From assembly GCA_012295275.1 (NCBI GenBank), contig CM022674.1, forward strand, positions 14,074,001 through 14,138,000: 64,000 nucleotides of DNA, in the 5' to 3' direction. The stretch's first letter is position 1. Every line of letters begins with the position of its first letter. Positions 52,936 to 64,000 of the stretch are shown here, piece after piece. The notes beneath the pieces were generated by a model. It saw only the letters and a program-made list of their open reading frames with translations. It was not told the DNA's origin and did no database searches. The stretch is from Chrysomallon squamiferum. Its lineage: Eukaryota > Animalia > Mollusca. The position numbers and the translations under genes are program-made.

Positions 52936-54458
52936 TAATGAACATTAGATGATAGATTATATACAGGCAGGGACGGGCAGACGGATATACAGATAGGCAA
53001 ATAAAGACAGACAGACATAGAGACAGACGAACACATTAAACATTTGTTAATATTAAAAACTAACTTAAACAAGTAATATACTTGAAACAATATTAACGAC
53101 ATGGTTTCTTTTCTCGCAGCGCAAAAAACAAAAAATAAATAAAAAAATTTTTTATCAAATTACCTCCCTTAGCTAACTTCTGTAATATTGCTGTCTGAAA
53201 ATGCGTTTATCTCAGCATTTCGTTCATAATGATACGGTCAGGCCAATTAAGGCGCGAACAGAATACACATTAATACAATGCGATGACGTGAAAGTTGTTG
53301 ATTGTTGGCACACACGACGCTGATAAACTGCTGTAACGTGCCTGAATAGACATTAAATCAATGAACACTTTATTAGACGAGGGAGAAGACGTTGTTATTG
53401 AAGCCTGAAACTGGCAGATTCAAAGGTCACAAAGTGTTACCGTCATTTCACCGAATGTTGTCTGATTTGAAAAGCGGGAAAAACCTGAAATCTTGATACT
53501 AACGTTGTTTTTTATTTACCTTCTTTCTACTAGCAGCAAAAGTACAGCATCAGCGGTAGTAGTAGCTGTTGTTTTCGTTAACGATGGTGTTATTATTTGC
53601 TTTAGTTGCTGTTATAGTACTAGTATTAGCAATAGTATCAGTAATTTTTCTTCCTATTGTTGTTGTTTTGTTTTCGTTAAGGGATGATATAAAGAGACAA
53701 AATCGACATTCAGAAAGATACCACTTTCTCTTATGGATCTGATTATTGTAATTGTGTGCGTTATTTTTATTTATTTATTTATTATTATTATTATTTTTAT
53801 GGGGTTTTTTTGGTGTTTTTTTTTGGTTCATTTTTCCTTCATAGAATAATTATATCTTCCGTTGTTATTTCCTCATACAGTAAATGAGCACCTTCTGTTA
53901 ATAAAATGAAAACCTAAAAAAAAATCGAAAGCTAATTATCTTTTCGTGATTTCCAGTTAGAAGCATTCGTTATTTATCAGCGTAACTGAAATTATTTTGC
54001 TTTTTTAACTTAATATTTTATTTATAAGACCATTACATGACCTAACAATGACTTATTTAGAACGTAAAATCGATCTTCATCACATTATCCCAAATAACGT
54101 ATCCAAGTTATCGCGCACAGCGTGAACGCGCGAGATCCTAAATTTCCTATGAAAAAGTCCAGAAATAACGGAATATTACGAGAAAGGCGGAAATATTTTT
54201 ATTTTTATTTTTTTATTATTTATATTTTTCTCTTTTACTGCTTTACGGTCTTTGATTAGCTCATGAAAAATAAATGATAATATTGCTATCAGAAAAGGTA
54301 ATTATTTCAAGCCATTTTCAAAGAAAGACAGAAAAAAAAAAAAAAAATAAATAAATAAAAAATATAAAAAATAAAAAAAAAAAAAAAAAAAATTACGTAA
54401 ATTCCTCTTTATTTTTCCAGATAAATTTCCATCATTACGTCATGGAGATTTCATCATC

Positions 54459-54490
<32 letters not shown>

Positions 54491-54511
54491 TAATTTTAAT
54501 TATTATTTGAA

Positions 54512-54563
<52 letters not shown>

Positions 54564-54880
54564 GTTAGTTTCGTGTCTTTCATTCTTTGTTTTGAACGCT
54601 CAGAAATAATTCAGTAAGTTCTGTCTGTCATTTACGTTTCTTCTCCGTGTAAAAATAACTAACATTACTTTTTGTGAGAAACTCGAGAAATCAGAACACG
54701 ATCCTTGAAATTTTTTTTTTTTATTTTTTTTTTTTTTTATCGTGTAATTACATCATCTAAATGTAGAAGATTCCTGACATTAAAATTAATCAATTTCTTA
54801 GCAAGAAAAGCGGAATAAAAACCTTTTAGGTCGGCATCCAATCAAGTTTCTGTGTCAGAGTTATCTTAAAATATTTTCCT

Positions 54881-55965
54881 ATGTGTACTTGTTTGTGTAT
54901 TTATATGTGTGTACATGTTTGCGTATGTATATGTGTGTGTGCATGTGTGTGCGAATGTATGTTTCTGCTGCATGTTTGTATATCTGTGTGTATGTGTGTA
55001 CTTATTTTATATTTGTGTGCACTTTTTTGTGCATGTGTATGTATGTATTCATTTGTATATGTGTATGTGTGTACTTGTTTGTATACGTATAGGTGTGTAC
55101 TTGTTTGTATGTGTGTACTTGTTTGTATATGTGTATATGGGTACTTGTGTGTATTTTTATGTAAATTTGTTTGTATATGTATATGTGTATTTGTATATTC
55201 AATTATGTTTGTACTTCTTTATATATGTGTATGTGTACTTGTTTGTATATGTTTATGTCTGTATTTGTTTGTAAATGTGCATGTGTGTACTTGCTTGTAT
55301 ATTCGTATTTGTATTTGTATATGTGTATGTTTGTACTTGTTTGTATGTGTATGTGTGTACGTGTTTGTATATTCGTGTATCTTTGTACTAGTTTGTATAT
55401 GTATCTTTGTTTACTTATTTGTATATGTATGTGTGTATGTTTGTTTACTTGTTTGTATATGTGTGTTTGTTGTGTGTGTGTGTGCACTTGTTTGTACATG
55501 TATGTGTGTACTTGATTGTATGTGTATGTGTACTTGTTTGTATATGTGTATGTGTGTACTTGTTTGTATGTATGTGTGTACTTGTTTTGTATGTATGTGT
55601 ACTTGTTTGTACATGTGTGTATGTGTACTTGTTTGTATATGTGTATGTGTGTACTTGTTTGTAAATGTGTATGTGTGTACTTGTTTGTACATGTGTATGT
55701 GTGTACTTGTTTGTAAATGTGTATGTGTACTTGTTTGTAAATGTGTATGTGTACTTGTTTGTAAATGTGTATGTGTACTTGTTTGTAAATGTGTATGTGT
55801 GTACTTGTTTGTAAATGTGTATGTGTACTTGTTTGTAAATGTGTATGTGTACTTGTTTGTATATGTGTGTACTTGTTTGCAAATGTATGTGTACTTGTTT
55901 GTAAATGTGTATGTGTACTTGTTTGTAAATGTGTATGTGTACTTGTTTGTAAATGTGTATGTGTG
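54881..55965. repeat. ~24-26-bp TG-derived minisatellite (GTGTACTTGTTTGTAAATGTGTAT)
   Basis: Degenerate on the left, homogeneous at ~55650-55960. Confidence 0.93.
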
Positions 55966-56442
55966 TCTGCCTCTGCTTTTTGTTTCATGCGAGTGGACAG
56001 TTATATATACACATGTACAAACACAAACACACACTGACATACACAGTACACATACACATGAACACAAATGATCATGGTATATTCAGTGTAAGTAATGTAA
56101 TTTCACACTTTGTTCACACTTTGAAATACGAACATAAAAAAAATAAATCATCCAACTTGTACTAACTAAATACGGTAATTGTTTACAACACTGACGAACG
56201 CAGTAAGAAGTAATTCTAGTTCGTACTAAGCACAAATTCGCGGCTTTCGATCCTCCGATTTTAATGTAATTAAAACTAAATCAATAATGAGCTTTATTTA
56301 AGAAATTTAATACGTTAGATTTAAGCCAATAAATTCCAGTCACATGACTCTTCGCTTCATCGATGACGTAATGTACTGACAACAGCTGATGTTGCAATAA
56401 AACCATTTTACATTAATTTTAGATCGGTTATTATAGTGAATT

Positions 56443-56522
56443 TATGAGCAGTTCCTGGGGGGAGGGGTCAGCAGATATATAAAATTTCCCTATTTTATTT
56501 ATTTATTTATTTATTTATTATT

Positions 56523-56578
<56 letters not shown>

Positions 56579-56665
56579 GCAATAAGTGAATTCTATTTCA
56601 TTCAGCCAGTTATAACCAGTACAAGGTTGGATTCTCCTCTTTCTGAAATGCTGGATCCGCCCCTG
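56443..56665. mobile_element. Probable short non-autonomous DNA-transposon relic (hAT-like CAGGGGCGGATCCAG termini)
   Basis: Right end CTGGATCCGCCCCTG (56651-56665). Degenerate left end TATGAGCAGTTCCTGGGGGG. No TSD is recognisable. Confidence 0.45.
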
Positions 56666-56979
56666 AGAGAGGCTGAGGTCAGAAAATAAAAACAGACGAC
56701 ATCCTACCGAACCATATTCAAAATGTCTGTTGTTAAGTCAGTGACGTCATGTGTCAGTGGTCGCTAATTATAATTGTAAAAAATAAAACATTGATCTAAT
56801 GAATATTTACATAAACAATTGATAGCGTGCCAAAACAACGTACGTTAAGAATATTAATTATTTCACAAGTGAAATATTTCTAAAAACTGTCTTTAATTAA
56901 TTACTTATTATGTATTTTATTTATTTATTTACTTATTTATTTTATTTTATTTTATTTTTGACCCATATTAATCTTTCTA

Positions 56980-57018
<39 letters not shown>

Positions 57019-57210
57019 TAAAGTAAATAAATAAATAAAAAAAATTAAAATAAAATAAAATAAAATAAAATAAATCCATTTTGCAATAGAGTTTACTTTT
57101 CTGTTAATATTTATTTTATTTTACTTATTTACTTTTTGGGGCGTGTTTATGAGACATATGCCAAACACATGAAATTAATCTAACTTAATAACAGGAGGCA
57201 CTAAATATTT

Positions 57211-57351
57211 AAAAAATGCAGACTGTTTTAAAAATTAAAAATATATTTTATATGTTGCTATGACTAACATATGAGACTAATATAAAAAAAATGCAGACTG
57301 TTTTAAAAATTAAAAATATATTTTATGTGTTACTATGACTAACATATGAGA
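57211..57351. repeat. Direct duplication of ~66 bp
   Basis: AAAAAATGCAGACTGTTTTAAAAATTAAAAATATATTTTAT.TGTT.CTATGACTAACATATGAGA occurs twice. Confidence 0.9.
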
Positions 57352-57451
57352 TGGGTGGTTTTGAGTTATATTTGTATAAACTGTTGCGTCGTTTCCAGAA
57401 TAACATAAAAGAGGAAAGAAAAATATTCAGCAAGTTTCATTTGTCAGTTGT

Positions 57452-57511
<60 letters not shown>

Positions 57512-57876
57512 GTATACATACACACACCTGTTATATATCTATCCATCCATCCTCCACCCATATCACACACAGACAGACAGACATACATACACACACACAT
57601 ATATATACACACACACACAGACGCACACACAAACATACATATTAACTTTTATACACACATACATACATTCATACCAACCTACCTATCTACCATGCTATTT
57701 AGTTATTTGTATTCTGAGAATATCAGTACAGTAGACATATTATTCATTTCTCAGCCTTACAATACTGTTCGTTCAGGTGGGTCGGTAAAGTGGTGACAGA
57801 ATAATACACTACTTCAAGTTACCAGTTTAGGTGGGGAGGGGTGGGGTACTACTAGAAGGGTCATATTTTTTCACAC

Positions 57877-58052
57877 GGCTGTCTAGGCTATGGCTAGGGG
57901 GCTGTCTAGGCTATGGCTAGGGGGCTGTCTAGGCTATGGCTAGGGGGCTGTCTAGGCTATGGCTAGGGGGCTGTCTAGGCTATGGCTAGGGGGCTGTCTA
58001 GGCTATGGCTAGGGGGCTGTCCACGTTGTCGCTAGGGGGCTGTCCACGTTGG
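57877..58052. repeat. 23-bp GC-rich minisatellite (GGCTGTCTAGGCTATGGCTAGGG) x6 plus 2 variant units
   Basis: Direct observation. Confidence 0.95.
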
Positions 58053-58111
58053 TTCAGCAGAGGCACTGTTACCTGTGGTAGTTGGGTAAAAGGCTGAATT
58101 GCCGAACAGCG

Positions 58112-58160
58112 CCTGAAACGCCTGAAACACCTGAAACACCTGAAACACCTGAAACACCTG
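58112..58160. repeat. 9-bp tandem repeat (CCTGAAAC[A/G]) x5
   Basis: Direct observation. Confidence 0.9.
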
Positions 58161-58446
58161 GATACCCTGCATGCATTTATATAGCCTTGACTTCTAGATT
58201 CGTTAGTCGTGTTAGCGAGGATGAGTATACATTATACCAAAACTCATAAATAACACTGTAGTAGAATATCGTATAATCCTGTAGTATTATTTTACGAGTG
58301 GGTTTGGGCTGATGGAGAGATACACTACTACTCCGAACATTACTTTAATCACGATGTAGCATGTTCTTGTTTATCGCTGTTTCATGCTTTGATAACGACT
58401 TTCTTTACGACAATGACAACGACAACAACAACAACATCGATCTTAC

Positions 58447-59100
58447 CTGGCATTAAATCCCAGAAGTACTCCAAAGTTAGCGAGATCGAGTGATCTGTGA
58501 CAGCGGTTCGTCCAGTCACCTGCTAAATTCAAGATTCCGTAAAGAAACAACACAACAAACACAAAGTCGCACTCTTGTATTTCACAGCAGGCGTTCACTA
58601 ACGATTTTTTTTCTTTTTTCCTGTTTTCCTTTTCTTTTCTTTTTTTTTTCTTTTTTTCTTTTTAACTGTAACAAGTCGACTGATGAACTGCGGCGTTTAG
58701 CCCGACCAAGCTGCAAACCGATGTACGTGTATCTATGAAGTATTTCTCTCCTGTCACCGCCAACCGACAGGCAGATCGGATTTCGCGCGGTCTTTCACGG
58801 GAATCAATGCCGACGATGGTGCGCCGTGCTCACATCTTGTATCGAATATCTACGGGTCCTTGGCTGCTTTTGTCGAATGCATTACTGGTCCTCGACTAGC
58901 ATTGTGTTAACACGAATTATGCGAAAGCGCCTGCGTTTTCTTTTGCTTAATCAAGTAAGTACTAACGTTAAACATGTGTCTGGTTGGCGCGCTGCAGGGA
59001 GTGTGACGTCTGTTTGGCAAATACCTGCATAACTCTGCAATAAGCGCCGCGTCCAGACACGTCATAGCGCGCGGTCAGCCACGGGCCTGGATTACATTGT
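58447..59100. promoter_or_regulatory. CpG-rich island, probable promoter/first-exon region
   Basis: High GC and CpG against the AT-rich background. Minus-strand donor CCAG|gtaaga at 58447 and plus-strand donor-like CAA|gtaagt at ~58954. Confidence 0.45.
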
Positions 59101-59136
59101 ACATCAAAGTTTATCTCTACCAGTGTAAAGCCACAT

Positions 59137-59183
<47 letters not shown>

Positions 59184-60899
59184 CACTGAATTATAGGTTT
59201 GTTTTCTATTTCTATTTTATTCATAGATTTATGTGTCTGCACGCGTAAATTTACGCATTTCCATTTCTACTGTAGCAAATCCCACACAAATGAAATCTGA
59301 TACTGTAAATATTTTTCTTTTACGTTTCTCATTTTAGAATATATATATATATATATACATGCACTCACACATACATACACGCACACATACATTTTAAAAA
59401 TCAATATGACTTCAGCATAAAAAAACCGAACTGTTCAGTAATACCTTTATAAAATAAAACAAAAAATAATTATATGTAAGGCTACACACTAGTTGGTGTA
59501 TGTGTCTATTATTTATGTAGATAAGCATGTTTCAGTTGACACGTGTCTCGAATGATGATGTATACGCCGACGCCACACGTCCAATGATTTTAATATCGAC
59601 CAAACCGTACGTAAAATATAATAAGTTTAATTATAAATGCAGATATTTAAAGGTCTTATATCGGAAATGTTTCGACTTTAGAATAACATGAGTCTGAAGT
59701 TATTAGATAGGTCAAGGCCGTTAGATGGCACAAAGGTCAAAATGTTAACATATCAGATTGAGACGTTTCAAGTAGCTGCTATTAAAGGGTATCTGTGGCA
59801 GAACGAATAAACTGTCTGAGAAAAATATTTATGTTTATAAATTTATTAGTTTTGTCTATACATACATAACATTTTAAATAATAATAATAATAAAATAACA
59901 CTTTCACAATCCTTCTGAACGACGACATTTTGCCCCACTTCGTCTGGAGTCCTGACGTCATGACGTACACTGTCTTACTGCATTCTTAATAAAGATTCAG
60001 TTTAAACAAAACTTCTATGTGTACAAATATGTTTACATTATTTCTTCAGTGGTAAACTTCTAACATGTGGCTTCTGCGTTGAAATCACTTTGCTTCTTCC
60101 AATACATATAATAATAGTGTTATTATAAAAACATAAATACTACACAAATTATATGAGCTGTATATCAACAATACCATCAAAAACAATAACAACAACAACA
60201 ACAACAACAATAATAACAATAATAATGATGATGATGATGATAATAAAAAAAAAAAAATAATAGGACCGGTAAAAGCACACAGGCAGTCAGTCATACCGCA
60301 TAATATAACGGATACGTATACACATCCGACACATCCGGAAAAACTCAGTACTAGCACATGCTTGAACGATTGGGATTTTTTTAAACAAATCGCTTACTTG
60401 TTAATTATTTCTGTGTACTATTAACCGTTTTACACATGAATGATAGCCAAGCTTAGCGACCATGAATACAGCTCGTTACAGCTATTTTTCAATTATTTTT
60501 AACTGACGTATTTTCGCTGAATCACTTTACTTGATATGACCTTTCTCTTTAGTGTAATTGGAATGTATAGCGACTACGCAGTTGGGTTTTCTGTATCATA
60601 AATATTTTAATTAAATAATATCTATTTTCTTTTAGAAACGTCTAGTAAATAAAAAGTGAGTGAAGAATATTACAAGCTTTTATGTTACCGAAATATTTCC
60701 AGGTAATATAACAGCAGTTTTCAAACATTTTTTTCCTTTTCTATTCTTTTATATAGAATTAAAAATACTGTTTACTTACGCAGTTTTAAGGTAAAATTAA
60801 ATTCTAGTGAAATATAAATAAATAATAAAGAAATAAATAAACATGAATTTTTAAAATATATTAATAATTTAAAAAGAAAATAATAACATGCCTGAATGG

Positions 60900-60956
<57 letters not shown>

Positions 60957-61420
60957 AGATTGACTCATCATGCATTGCAATGACATAAAAGGTTTTGAGT
61001 GTTTTTGTATTTAGCACTTACACGTATTAAATATTTTTAGCACATTCAGCGTTAGTTACTACAGCTGAACAATGAAATGGGCGATTTATCATACTCACCT
61101 TTCAATAAGCTATGTAATACCTTGTAATTATAGATATTCCAAAGCATTACTGGGCTAGTGTTTGTTCTCGGGAGACTGCGTTGCATTGTAAACTGGGATT
61201 GCTCATACAAAGAAGTGACGTCATTGAAAACAAGCAATAGAATGTACTAAATATATATTATAAGTAGCTGCATTCGAGTCTTTGTTACGGTATTTTTAGG
61301 TAGACTGTAGAATTTTGAAAATGTATGTATTTATGTCAGTGGAAAATTATAGTTGGCCTGTGAGAAATACTGGTTAATAAGAATCAATAAAATAAGTTAT
61401 TATTATTATTATTATTACTA

Positions 61421-61531
<111 letters not shown>

Positions 61532-61602
61532 TTGCTTTATTATTTCTGATGAAAGGGCATTCAGGTCACTGTTAAATTTAAAATGCTCTCTGTCTCTCTC
61601 AG

Positions 61603-61695
61603 GAGCAATGTGCGTGTGTATGTGACTGTGCTTGTGTATATATGTGAACACAGTTATGATGACAATGAAAAAGAGGTTAGGCATGTATCCTCTAG
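61603..61695 (+). other. Candidate 93-nt internal exon of an unidentified transcript
   Basis: Strong acceptor tctctgtctctctcag| and donor CTAG|gtaagt. Coding status unknown. Confidence 0.4.
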
Positions 61696-62422
61696 GTAAG
61701 TACTTGTATTACAGAGAATATTATATTAATGTAAGTAAGTCAATAAATGCAAAAACCTGCTTATTTATTTCGTGCCTGCTATTAATATAAATTATTATTA
61801 AAGCGTTCCGCATCATTATCCACTATTGTAAACTTTATTTACTTACGTTAACGCATAATCTATAACAATCTATAAAACACAAAACATTGTAAACATTTAT
61901 TGTTTATGCTATGTCACTGATATTTTGTATAACACTATCAAGGTTTATAAATATTTATTGAACTGTATGCTGCTGCTGCTGCTGTTGCTACTACTACTAC
62001 TACTAATACTACTACTACTACTACTATTATTATTATTATTATTATTATTAAAGAAATATATAAATAAAGTTGATAGTATTATCTGAAGGACAAACATGCG
62101 ACGATCTGATTGGTCGACGTCACAATATATCTGAACCAATCAGATCAGAACTAATTAGACGAGTTCTAAGTTCTGCATCATAAAATATTTTATAATTAAT
62201 GATACTTGACTGTCAAGCGAAACATTAGAATAGCCCAGTCTGCGGTGAATCAGTTATTCAAGCACAACACATTCATGTCAGTAATGACGTCTTATATCAA
62301 CAGTTTTTTTTCAGAGAAAATACGGTACGAATCGAACTGTAATTTTATTTACATGTTATAAAACTAGTATGCACAGCTGGTGTCTAGGTAACCGAATTAA
62401 TTTATGTTTCCTTTTTATTTCC

Positions 62423-62467
<45 letters not shown>

Positions 62468-64000
62468 TTTTTTTTTTTTTTTTTTTTTCGATCTGTTCTC
62501 GTCATAGCAAAAGAAAAACAAAAATAATAATAATAATAATTTTTTTTTTTTTTTTTTTCTAAGCACGTGCTACAGCCGGGGCAAAACCAACACAACCAAA
62601 ATAAGATATTCATCATCAACAGCAGCAGCAGTAACTGCTACTACTACTACTGATAATGATGATGATGATGGCTGATGACGATGTTGCTGCTAATGATAAG
62701 AAATAAATAAAATAAATAAATAAATACGGATGACTAAATGAGGAGGTGGGTGCTAGACGCTAACTCTCTGGATCATAGTTTATGCCACGTGTTCCTAGTT
62801 ACCGGTGTCTAGTAAACTCAGCTAAATCGGATGATGAAACAAGGGTCGGTTTCAGAGTTTCGGAAAAACGGAGACATCTTCATTGTTACTCATATGGAAT
62901 GAATGTCATGAAAACAACACTAACAACAACAACAACAACAACAATAATAAAATATCATCAGTTGGAAGAAAATGAGAAGTGTCATCGTGATATCAGTAAA
63001 CAATAAACTGTTAATCATTTAAATGACTAACCTGAATCTGTTCTGAATAGATGTTCCAAAGGCTTGATTACGCAGTCAAGATAGTTAATTCTACATATCA
63101 CGTTATGACCACACCCACTGATACAATCGCGTCCCTGCTGATTTCCCTTAAAGTCAAAATTAGTAAAATAAACAAAATCTGAAAAGAACAAAGTTTATTT
63201 ATTCGAAACAGTCCTTCTTTCAGACGCCATTCTTGTTCCGCGTTTTTAGCTAAACCCACAATATTATCACACTATCATCAAAAATAATGTTTGTAACTAC
63301 TACAACCACCGCGGTGCCTTTGACACTGTTACAACATCGACACGAAAAGCAGTAAGTGCATATGCAACTGCAATAACTACTGCGGTGTCTGTTCCTTGGA
63401 ACCAGCGTAGACATGCGTTGTCAATTAGTTGTGATTGCAGAGGACTTGCGTGAATCGTGTTACTAAAACGTGCTGCCAAGAAACAAGAATTTATTTTAAG
63501 ACTGATTTGAGTCACGTGACGGGGTGAATTTGAGGTAGTCTGTACCTCATTATCATCTGCTGCTTGTAAAATAAATAAATAAAATAAATATATATTTAAT
63601 TTTTTTATACTTATATTGCCGGTGAAATGGTTAAATAAACAGATTACTGCCAACAATTTAAAGCTGACATGAAGCAAATGAGGCAAATGCCTCATACTGA
63701 CACTGACAATTTTTAAACTTTTTTCTTTAATACAAAATTTAGAAAAAAAAAGAAGTAAAATATAAATCTTTAAACCGATAGAAACGGTACCCATTGTGTG
63801 AATTCGTTTATGTCTACGGTTACCGTTTGAAGTCTACCAACATCGTTGCAATGAAAGACATAATTGACTTCAAAGACATCAGTTTTTGCCTCATTTCAAA
63901 AAGTGTCTAGTTACGGCCATGGCATAAATATCGGTACATATTACATTATAAATTACTATTTCAAAAATTACATTTGTCTTTACGGAACATTTCAAATAAT

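Noticed and set aside
54881-56071. 396-aa Cys/Val/Tyr-rich ORF and overlapping ORFs
   Set aside because: TG-derived minisatellite; low-complexity and open in many frames.
63300-63794. 164-aa minus-strand ORF
   Set aside because: The first half is AT-rich intron-like sequence and no domain is recognisable. The CpG-richer 63300-63560 part could be exonic, but I cannot support a product.

Overview
AT-rich, microsatellite-dense eukaryotic DNA from an invertebrate animal (mollusc-like; this is an inference from composition and gene content). It is not prokaryotic, and there is no CRISPR array, rRNA or tRNA. Three protein-coding genes can be built by hand from splice signals and motifs. (1) A + strand Golgi carbohydrate sulfotransferase of the CHST15/GalNAc4S-6ST type, exons ~367-6969, with the start codon not found in the window. 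(2) A 10-coding-exon FoxJ2/3 forkhead gene on the + strand, 10749-33305, ~395 aa. (3) A - strand gene whose single coding exon (45662-46330) encodes signal peptide + fibronectin type III + transmembrane helix. There is also a Tc1/mariner-type MITE, a probable hAT-like MITE relic and many mini/microsatellites. The most unusual signals are two. First, a 46 x 30-bp minisatellite sits in frame as a possible phase-2/2 cassette exon in the sulfotransferase stem, encoding (VVLHLTQ[T/S]S[K/N])n. Second, several intronic minisatellites in FoxJ2/3 appear to be tandem amplifications of the gene's own exon-intron junctions, including an array of 21 copies of the exon-8 donor. Most ORFs in the supplied track are repeat artefacts. 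All models were made by eye, with no alignment or expression data.
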